A DNA stretch of 64,000 bases. Source: Methanobacteriota archaeon (GTDB lineage Archaea; Thermoplasmatota; Thermoplasmata; SG8-5; JAGLSY01). The notes under the pieces are model-generated. The model saw only the letters and a program-made list of their open reading frames with translations, had not been told where the DNA came from and did not search any database. Shown here in pieces: positions 39,995 to 47,649 of the stretch. Within the stretch, counting starts at the first letter, position 1, and the number at the start of each line of letters is the position of its first letter. Position numbers and translations under genes: made by a program. The DNA lies in contig JAEHCQ010000001.1 of NCBI GenBank assembly GCA_020696385.1, positions 640,001-704,000 on the forward strand. Direction: 5' to 3'.

Positions 39995-40708
39995 CTATTC
40001 CTCGGTCTCTTCAGGTGCGACAGGTGGTTCTGGGGCTTCTTCTGCAACGGGCTTCTCTTCCTCACCCTCTGCTGCTCCTTCTTCCTCTTCATGCTCATCT
40101 TCATAGACGTGCACAATCTCACCCTGGCGAAGGACCTCGGTCTTGCGGATCTCCACCCTCTGCATTGGCTGGATCACTTTGCAAGCGATGGCCGCTTCTC
40201 GACCCATCTGGCCTCCGATGATGCCTTTGACAACCTCGTTCAAGGATCTTGTACGTGTGTAGTTGTTTATGACATCGAAGACCTTCTGGCGAATGGCCGT
40301 CTGCTGGGATGACTTTATCCTGCGCTCGGATATGATCAGGGGCTTGATCCTGAGTAGGAACTTGTCCCTTGTGTAAGCATCGACAATGAGATCGGTCTTC
40401 GTCCTCTTCCTTCTGGTCAGCCTTCTGACATAATCACTTGTCATGTCATGACCGACGAAGGTCGTGTGGGCGTCTGATCCTCTTACATCGATGATCTTGA
40501 AAGCCATCTTTATGTGCATCTTTGAGAAATCCCCAGTAAGGTCCTGAACAGTGACCTCGGCTACTCTACCAATAAGCTTTTCTGGCTCGTCTGCCAAGGC
40601 TTCTGATACCTTTGCCCTGTCGAACATATCGGGAGCCATTACATTATACCAGCTTTTGGACTTCCACTTGTCTTTCTTTGGGCCTCCTCGACCTCTTGGT
40701 GCTGCCAT
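39995..40708 (-). CDS. rps3ae: 30S ribosomal protein eS1 (S3Ae)
   Basis: DKWKSKSWY, GRVAEVTVQDLTGD, DYVRRLTRR, RVEIRKTEV and an acidic tail. Confidence 0.95.
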   Translation of the reverse strand: MAAPRGRGGPKKDKWKSKSWYNVMAPDMFDRAKVSEALADEPEKLIGRVAEVTVQDLTGDFSKMHIKMAFKIIDVRGSDAHTTFVGHDMTSDYVRRLTRRKRTKTDLIVDAYTRDKFLLRIKPLIISERRIKSSQQTAIRQKVFDVINNYTRTRSLNEVVKGIIGGQMGREAAIACKVIQPMQRVEIRKTEVLRQGEIVHVYEDEHEEEEGAAEGEEEKPVAEEAPEPPVAPEETEE

Positions 40709-41072
40709 TTAAGATTCTCCTGGAATGGGTGGGATATTATATTTCCTATATAAAAACTACCATTGAATTGATAGGGATTGTGTGTATACGTATGATGGGG
40801 ACTAAATCACACTCGATAATATGGGCGTGGGACGGGGGCTATGGCAATAACTGGGGATCAAGCTTTCATTGTATCCTTTTCCATAGGGTTTACGTGTCGT
40901 GGGACGGGGTGGTACACAATCACCCTAGGGGATGAATGTGTCCCTAAATAGGCCATAGTCCCGACTCGCAGCGGTACACTCGCTGCGTTAAGTTGAATCA
41001 TCATTGATGGGACTACGGCGGTGTTCCTGGGTTCAAACCTTGCTCCGCCCCCTCTAATGATATAAAAATAGG

Positions 41073-41200
41073 TGTCGGGGACGGGGTTTGAACCCGTGAC
41101 CTCCGGATCGCTCAGGATCCAAGGTTAGACTTCTGGGCGCCATTGTTACCCTAATGGGTCCCTATGAGTCCGGCGCTCCACCAGGCTGAGCCACCCCGAC
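41073..41200 (-). tRNA. tRNA-Met (CAU, elongator-type) with 54-nt intron at 37/38 (intron 41109-41162)
   Basis: Acceptor GTCGGGG/CCCCGAC+A, anticodon arm CCGGA-CTCATA^A-TCCGG and T-loop GGTTCAAACC. The bulge-helix-bulge is formed by exon CTCA pairing with intron TGAG. Confidence 0.93.
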
Positions 41201-41317
41201 AGGATGTTTATTGTCTTAGCCTAGGAATTCTTCCTTCTGATTTCCAGGGTTTATTTTCTTATCGTTAGTAAAGGTTTGCATAACTGGTAATTGCTCTTGA
41301 TTATTGAGATCCATATT

Positions 41318-43117
41318 TTATAAATCTGGTTCTCCAAGAGGTGCTATACAAACTGGACATCTATCAGTTCCATCACAGCAATCATGGTGGAAGGATGTCC
41401 CACACCTGCATTTGATGCAATCAGAACCATGTTCGATAGTGTTCATGCAGATCGCACAGCTCCTATCAAGATCGTTATGTGTGCCATTGGTCCTATTGAT
41501 AGCGACACTTTTTAAGATATCGGTGGGGGTTCTGAGCGATGTGCCTTCGGTCTCATGTGCCAGTACTTCTATCTGAGAATCTATTTCGGATAGGAGCCTC
41601 TCCCCTACAGATCCCTTTATCAGATCCTTCTCCCAAGCTTCTTTGACAGACTCCTTCTTAGCCTCAAGGGTCTCCTTCACCGAGTATGTGTATTCCTCTC
41701 TGGGAATGAATCCATGTTCCTGTACCAAAAGTCCCAATTCAGTCAGAAGCTGGGAATTGGCCTGGCTATACTTGTGAATGAGCCAATCGTAGGCACTGGA
41801 GGATATCTCACCATCATCCTTCAATTGTATCAATTCATCCACCGTGTCTTTCAGCAGGGTGGCTATCTCTCTTTCTTCCTTTTCAGCTTCCTTTTTGGAG
41901 ACCGAATGGAATCCCAATTTCTTGATCAATGTCTTCAGGCTCAAACCCTGAAGAAGAAGTGTCATTAGGACCACGCCAAAGGTAATGGCCAATATAAGAT
42001 CCCTATGAGGGAAAAGTGTGCCATCATCCAATGTGAGTGGTATCGACAAGGCCAGAGCTATGGGTATCGCACCTCTTAGGCCACCCCACCACATGACCGC
42101 CTGCCATTTTTTGGGAAGGTTATTCGGCTCATTCTTGTTCATTATCTTGCCTATTATGAATATTGACGCGGCTCTCGCGAACCAGAGAGCTAATACGCAA
42201 AATACTACCAACCCGATCTCATTCCAGACAGCACCCAGATCGACATTCATTCCAACCACTATGAAAAGGAAGGAATTCACCAGAAACACTATGAAGCCCC
42301 AGAAGCTCAAAAGCGTGTGTCTGGCTGAAGGCGTCATGGCAAATCTTGTTCCATAGTTTCCGAGTATCAGACCTGCCATCACAACAGCGAATACACCGGA
42401 TGCCCCCATGTTCTCAGCCATCGCGAATAGGCCGAATACCATGATCAAAGTTATCATGACCTCGGTGAACTTATCATCTATCTTTGAGATTATCAGGAAT
42501 AATATGTAACCGACGGCCAATCCCAGAAGAATCCCAAAGATGGCCATCCTGAGGAAATCCACTATACCTGTCATGATGTCCAGATTACCACTTCTAATAA
42601 GATCCAGAATAACAGCGAATAGAACAAGACAAGTTCCATCATCAAATATGCTCTCCCCCTCTATTATGTTCTTCAATTTGGTGGGGATCTTGGTATCCTT
42701 GTAAATGGCCAGTATGGAAACCGGATCTGTAGGGATTATTATTACCGCGATCAGAAGAGCGATGGGGAAGGTCAGGGCCGAGGCAAAGAAAGAATCTGTG
42801 AAAATATATATCAGCCAGCCCACGAAGAAAGATGATATGATCAAGGCTGGAATAGCCAATAATGAAATCACCTTGGCATTCTCCTTCAGATGCTTCAGGC
42901 GCATGTGTAGGGCACCCTCGAATATCAATGGAGGGAGAAGGATATGGAAGATCATGTCCTTATCAAGAACAAATGGGGGTTCGACATTGAAATAAGCGAT
43001 GACCAGGCCAGATATCAAAAGCACGATGGTATAAGGCCACCTTATGTACTTTGCCACGATGGCCACGATCACGGCCACCATCATAATCACAAGGAACTGG
43101 TCTATATCCAATGCCAT
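41318..43117 (-). CDS. CPA1/NhaP Na+(K+)/H+ antiporter with C-terminal RING-like zinc finger
   Basis: LLPPLIFE, PTDPVSI, GESIFDD and WGGLRGAI, with terminal CAIC-x12-CRC-x4-HHDC-x6-CPVC. Confidence 0.9.
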   Translation of the reverse strand: MALDIDQFLVIMMVAVIVAIVAKYIRWPYTIVLLISGLVIAYFNVEPPFVLDKDMIFHILLPPLIFEGALHMRLKHLKENAKVISLLAIPALIISSFFVGWLIYIFTDSFFASALTFPIALLIAVIIIPTDPVSILAIYKDTKIPTKLKNIIEGESIFDDGTCLVLFAVILDLIRSGNLDIMTGIVDFLRMAIFGILLGLAVGYILFLIISKIDDKFTEVMITLIMVFGLFAMAENMGASGVFAVVMAGLILGNYGTRFAMTPSARHTLLSFWGFIVFLVNSFLFIVVGMNVDLGAVWNEIGLVVFCVLALWFARAASIFIIGKIMNKNEPNNLPKKWQAVMWWGGLRGAIPIALALSIPLTLDDGTLFPHRDLILAITFGVVLMTLLLQGLSLKTLIKKLGFHSVSKKEAEKEEREIATLLKDTVDELIQLKDDGEISSSAYDWLIHKYSQANSQLLTELGLLVQEHGFIPREEYTYSVKETLEAKKESVKEAWEKDLIKGSVGERLLSEIDSQIEVLAHETEGTSLRTPTDILKSVAINRTNGTHNDLDRSCAICMNTIEHGSDCIKCRCGTSFHHDCCDGTDRCPVCIAPLGEPDL

Positions 43118-43227
43118 TCTATTGCTCCATTAGGGATTTGCTGAAATATAGGGACGCATATATAAGTGTATAGCCCGTTTTATTAGGGCCATTCTGAGAA
43201 AAGATATTTAATTGATACTAAAATTAG

Positions 43228-43390
43228 CGAATCAAACACTGGACATCAATGATTTATTGAATATGTGTTTGACAAAAAAGATGCTTGCATTCCTGGAATG
43301 CACATCTTACGAATCAAACACTTTACTGATAATATAATTGAAAACGTATTAGATAAAAAAGATGCTTGCATTCCTGGAATGCACATCTTA
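43228..43390. repeat. Tandem copies B (43228-43309) and C (43310-43390) of the 82-bp palindromic element
   Basis: Both contain CGAATCAAACACT and AAAAAAGATGCTTGCATTCCTGGAATGCACATCTTA, separated by differing 24- and 23-nt cores. Confidence 0.9.
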
Positions 43391-43422
43391 AAAAAAAAAA
43401 GAAAATAAGAAGTAGGGGGTGC

Positions 43423-43641
43423 CTACTTCTTCATTATTTTCATCCAGCCGCCACTTTCGTAGACCTGGAGCTTCCTCTTACCGAGAGTTGTTTTGAACTC
43501 GTCCCAGTCGATGATCTCCAAGCGGTCATTCTTGCCCTTTGTGAACTGAATGCCCTGTGTGTTCTTAACACGGCCTGGCTTTAATCCCTTTCTCTTTGCT
43601 ATGTCTATTGCTTTGTCTACTGTAATTGGTTCCATTACCAT
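43423..43641 (-). CDS. Small basic hypothetical protein (72 aa)
   Basis: GGAGG SD before the ATG at 43641, BRE/TATA-like AAAGGCTTAAATA near 43721-43733 (minus strand), and a hairpin plus poly-T after the stop. Confidence 0.75.
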   Translation of the reverse strand: MVMEPITVDKAIDIAKRKGLKPGRVKNTQGIQFTKGKNDRLEIIDWDEFKTTLGKRKLQVYESGGWMKIMKK

Positions 43642-43917
43642 TTTCTTTTCCTCCACTGTTTATTTAGCATGACTGGCTCATCGAGCCACACCATGGCCAG
43701 TAGTGTATGGCTAATGAATATATTTAAGCCTTTGGGTATACTGGCTACAAAAATTCATTGATAAATTAACATTGATAAACATTTTGTTCACTATCGACTG
43801 AGACACCTTAACAAAATGATAATCGATGAAAAGGCCTGCCAGATAAAGCAATAGGTGATTGGATCATTTACCAATATTTTTATACCAATGTCATTCTTGT
43901 GGTGGATGGGGTTCCAA

Positions 43918-45810
43918 ATGAGGGCACTATTCATTCACGCTGACTACCTCGAATACGAGGCGAAGAAGAAAACGAAACTGGCCGATGACATATCGGATGA
44001 TAAAAAGAAAGGCCGCATAGAGGAGGCTCTGGTCACCTACATCAGCTTCGAAGAGATTGATGAGGGGAAAGAAGAGGCCAGTGCTAAATTATTGGCAGAG
44101 AATGTCATGGAGATAGCGGAGAAAGTGGAGACCAAGAACACGGTACTGTACCCCTATGCCCATCTGAGCTCGTCCCTCGGAAAGCCAGCATCCGGTAAAG
44201 AGATACTGGAAAAGACCGCGGAGATATTGGAAGAGAAGGGATACACCGTTCTCAGTTCGCCTTTCGGCTGGTACAAGAGCTTCAAGATAAGCTGTAAAGG
44301 ACACCCCCTGTCCGAGCTATCCAGAGAGATCGTCGCCGGTGAGGATGAGGGGGGCGATGGCGAGGAAGTGTCTGAAGCCCTCAAGTCCGAGGAAAAGGCA
44401 GTGTCCAGCTGGTTCGTACTTGGCCTCGATGGAGAATTGACATCTCTGGAGCTCAAGAAAAACAAAGTCAAGGGCTATGATTTTGGAGATCATAAGCGAT
44501 TGAAACAGTTCGTCCAGTACGAGATGGCGAAGAGTAGGACGGCTGGAAAAGAGCCACCGCATGTGGATATTATGAAAAGACTGGAGCTTGTGGACTACGA
44601 GCCCGCGTCCGATCCAGGCAATTTCAGATATTATCCAAAGGGCAGGATGATGAAGTCCCTACTGGAAACTTATGTGAACCAGGAAGTTAAGAGAACTGGC
44701 GGCATGGAGATCGAAACACCCATCATGTACGATTTCGAGCACCCGTCCCTCAAAAGCTACCTGCACAGATTCCCAGCCCGTCAATATTCGATCCAAACAC
44801 CTGATAAAAGGGTATTTCTCAGATTCGCGGCCTGTTTCGGCCAGTTCCTCATGATGCACGATGCCACGGTATCGTACAAACATCTGCCAATGAGGCTGTA
44901 CGAGATGAGCCATTATTCCTTCAGAGCGGAGCAGCGTGGGGAGCTTACTGGCCTGCGAAGGTTGAGGACCTTCACAATGCCGGATTGCCACTCATTTTGC
45001 GCCGATATCGAAATGGCCAAGCTCGAGATGCAGGACAGATTCCAACTATCTTGGGATGTCCTCAATGGAATTGGTTTCCAGGTTCCGAATGAGCTTGAAT
45101 TCGCCATCAGAGTTACAAAAGAATTCTATGATGAGAATTCGGAATTCCTTGCTGGCCTTGTCAAGAAATGGGGCAAGCCAGCCCTTGTCGAGATGTGGGA
45201 TAAGAGATTCTTTTATTTCATATTCAAATACGAGTGGAACTTCGTAGATTCTCAGGGAAAGGCCAGTGCCCTCAATACGGATCAGCTGGATGTGGAGAAT
45301 GCCGAGAGATATGATATCAATTATGTTGGTATGGATGGCGAGAAGCATCATCCATACATCCTGCATCAATCACCATCAGGCGCGATCGAGAGGGTGATGT
45401 ACGCGCTTCTGGAAAATATCCATTTGAAGCAGATGACGGGCGAGAAGCCGAAATTCCCACACTGGCTGGCACCAACCCAGGTCAGATTTTTACCAGTGCA
45501 CGATGATGTGCTGGAAAACTGTAAGGAGCTGGCTGGCAAGCTCAATGCCAGAGCCGATGTGGATGACCGCGACCAGAGCATTGGCAAGAAGATCCGGGAT
45601 GCGGAAAAGGACTGGATAGACTTCATTATCGTATATGGAGAGAAGGAACAGGAAAGCGGAAAGCTATCCGTCAGGAGAAGGGATGGGGTCCAGGAAGAGC
45701 TGACAATTGAGGAATTGGCCAGCAAGCTTGCGGAACTGCAGAGAGGGATGCCAATGACATCCCTGCCATTGCCCATGCTCCTGAGCAAAAGGATCTCATT
45801 CCGTGGATAA
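43918..45810 (+). CDS. thrS: Threonyl-tRNA synthetase, archaeal type
   Basis: Editing domain YPYAHLSS and PFGWYK; LRFAACFG, FRAEQRGEL, RLRTFTMPDCH, SGAIER, WLAPTQVR. Confidence 0.96.
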   Translation: MRALFIHADYLEYEAKKKTKLADDISDDKKKGRIEEALVTYISFEEIDEGKEEASAKLLAENVMEIAEKVETKNTVLYPYAHLSSSLGKPASGKEILEKTAEILEEKGYTVLSSPFGWYKSFKISCKGHPLSELSREIVAGEDEGGDGEEVSEALKSEEKAVSSWFVLGLDGELTSLELKKNKVKGYDFGDHKRLKQFVQYEMAKSRTAGKEPPHVDIMKRLELVDYEPASDPGNFRYYPKGRMMKSLLETYVNQEVKRTGGMEIETPIMYDFEHPSLKSYLHRFPARQYSIQTPDKRVFLRFAACFGQFLMMHDATVSYKHLPMRLYEMSHYSFRAEQRGELTGLRRLRTFTMPDCHSFCADIEMAKLEMQDRFQLSWDVLNGIGFQVPNELEFAIRVTKEFYDENSEFLAGLVKKWGKPALVEMWDKRFFYFIFKYEWNFVDSQGKASALNTDQLDVENAERYDINYVGMDGEKHHPYILHQSPSGAIERVMYALLENIHLKQMTGEKPKFPHWLAPTQVRFLPVHDDVLENCKELAGKLNARADVDDRDQSIGKKIRDAEKDWIDFIIVYGEKEQESGKLSVRRRDGVQEELTIEELASKLAELQRGMPMTSLPLPMLLSKRISFRG

Positions 45811-45828
45811 ACTGGCAGAGGAATTTCA

Positions 45829-47610
45829 ATGCCCCTTCTGATGTCCGTGAACTCGATAAGTAAATCATATGGCCCACAGCCAGTGCTGTCAGATATTTCA
45901 TTCATAATAGACGAAGGCCAGAAGGTGGGACTCATAGGACAGAACGGGACTGGCAAGACCACGCTTTTGAACATCATCTATGGTATCGAAAAGGCAGACA
46001 GTGGCGAGATCACGGGAATGAAGGACAAGACACTGGGTTACATGACCCAGCTCAGCCCCCTGGAAGATTCGAAGACATTGATCGAGGCCATATCCAAGCC
46101 AACTGGCAAGCTGGGATCGCTTGCCAAAAAGATCGCTTATTTGGAGAATCGGCTGGAGAATCCAGGATCTATATCCACGGAGCAGATGGAGGAGATCTCT
46201 AAAGAGTACGCTAATTCTTTAGAGGAATTTGCGTCAAGTGGCGGCTATGGCCAGCCAACCCGGGCGGAGGCAGTGCTTGAGGATCTGAAATTCACGAAAA
46301 GACACTTTCACACAAAAGTGGGTGATCTGAGTGGTGGTGAGAAGACCAAAGCAAGGCTGGCCAGCATACTTCTGGAAGCGAAAGGAGCAGATCTACTTCT
46401 ACTGGACGAGCCCACGAATCACCTTGATATCGAGACAACGGAATGGCTGGAGGACTATCTGGCCAATTACTCTGGCGCGGTCCTCATCGTGTCCCACGAC
46501 CGGTACATGATGGACAAGGTCATCACAAAGAGCGTGGAGATCGAGAATACCGTGTCCAAGATATACTCTGGCAATTATTCTGATTATTTGGAGAAAAAGT
46601 CTTTCGATCTTGAGAAGAACATGAAGATGTACGCCAAGCAGCAGAAGGAGATCCAGAGACAGAAGGAAATGATCCAGTGGATGCACAGTGTGTACAGTTT
46701 CAGCTCCCTGCACAAGACCCAGCAGAAGAAACTGGATCGCATGGACAAGATGGACAGGCCGACGGATTATTCCAGGAAACTGGGACTGGAATTCGGAAAG
46801 GCTGAAAAGAGCGGGAAGGACACTATCGACGCACTGGGTGTGAAGAAATCATTCGGAAAGACTTCGATAATCGGAAAGTGTGATTTCAGGATCGAGAAGG
46901 GCGATAGGATCGGCCTAATCGGCCCCAATGGCTCTGGAAAAACAACTCTCATTCGCATGATAATGGGAGAGATCGAACCAACCGCTGGCTCGATCAAAGT
47001 GAGCAAGGGTACGAGGATCGGCTACTACGCCCAGGAGCAGGATGGACTTATTCGAGGTAATACGGTCATCCAGGAGATTCGAAAACACAAAAAGGACGCG
47101 GGCGAAGAATGGGTGCGGAAATACCTTGGCAAGTTCTTCTTCAGAGGCGAAGACGTGTTCAAAAAGGTCTTCACCCTGAGCGGTGGGGAGCGTGCGAGAT
47201 TGTCGATAGCCAAGCTCCTGATGAGTGAACATAATATGCTGATACTGGACGAGCCCACGAACTATCTGGATCTATACGCCAAGGCCTCGGTGGAAAAGGC
47301 CTTGAGAGATTATGAAGGCACGGTGATGATAATAACTCACGATCGAGCACTACTGGACAGTGTGGCCGAGAACATATTCGACCTGAGGGATGGGGCACTG
47401 AGCACCTTCAGCGGCAATTATTCAGATTATCGCAAGAAGGCGGGGAAAGCAAAGCTTTCCACCGGCGGAGACCTATACGAAGTTACCAAGAAATTCACCG
47501 ACTGGATATCTGGCAAGAAGTATCAGAAGGGTGACAGGATAAGGATACCCGAGGGTGACATGGAGAAGTTCGCCTGGGCTGTCGAGAACAATCACCTGAA
47601 AAAGAAGTGA
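45829..47610 (+). CDS. ABC-F family ATPase
   Basis: Two ABC cassettes (GQNGTGKT/LSGGE/LDEPTNHLD and GPNGSGKT/LSGGE/LDEPTNYLD) and no TM segments. Confidence 0.93.
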   Translation: MPLLMSVNSISKSYGPQPVLSDISFIIDEGQKVGLIGQNGTGKTTLLNIIYGIEKADSGEITGMKDKTLGYMTQLSPLEDSKTLIEAISKPTGKLGSLAKKIAYLENRLENPGSISTEQMEEISKEYANSLEEFASSGGYGQPTRAEAVLEDLKFTKRHFHTKVGDLSGGEKTKARLASILLEAKGADLLLLDEPTNHLDIETTEWLEDYLANYSGAVLIVSHDRYMMDKVITKSVEIENTVSKIYSGNYSDYLEKKSFDLEKNMKMYAKQQKEIQRQKEMIQWMHSVYSFSSLHKTQQKKLDRMDKMDRPTDYSRKLGLEFGKAEKSGKDTIDALGVKKSFGKTSIIGKCDFRIEKGDRIGLIGPNGSGKTTLIRMIMGEIEPTAGSIKVSKGTRIGYYAQEQDGLIRGNTVIQEIRKHKKDAGEEWVRKYLGKFFFRGEDVFKKVFTLSGGERARLSIAKLLMSEHNMLILDEPTNYLDLYAKASVEKALRDYEGTVMIITHDRALLDSVAENIFDLRDGALSTFSGNYSDYRKKAGKAKLSTGGDLYEVTKKFTDWISGKKYQKGDRIRIPEGDMEKFAWAVENNHLKKK

Positions 47611-47649
47611 TATCGATATTTTATTTTTATATTGTGGATCTAAGAATCA

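Noticed and set aside
40800-41060. RNase P, SRP or 5S RNA; also a 48-codon minus-strand ORF and the 107-aa + ORF at 40612
   Set aside because: No GAGGAAAGUCC-type, SRP helix-8 or 5S motifs were found, and the ORFs have no recognisable features.
43228-43390. CRISPR array
   Set aside because: Only two units, the constant part (~58 bp) is too long, the variable parts are partly similar and there are no cas genes. Kept as a non-CRISPR repeat.
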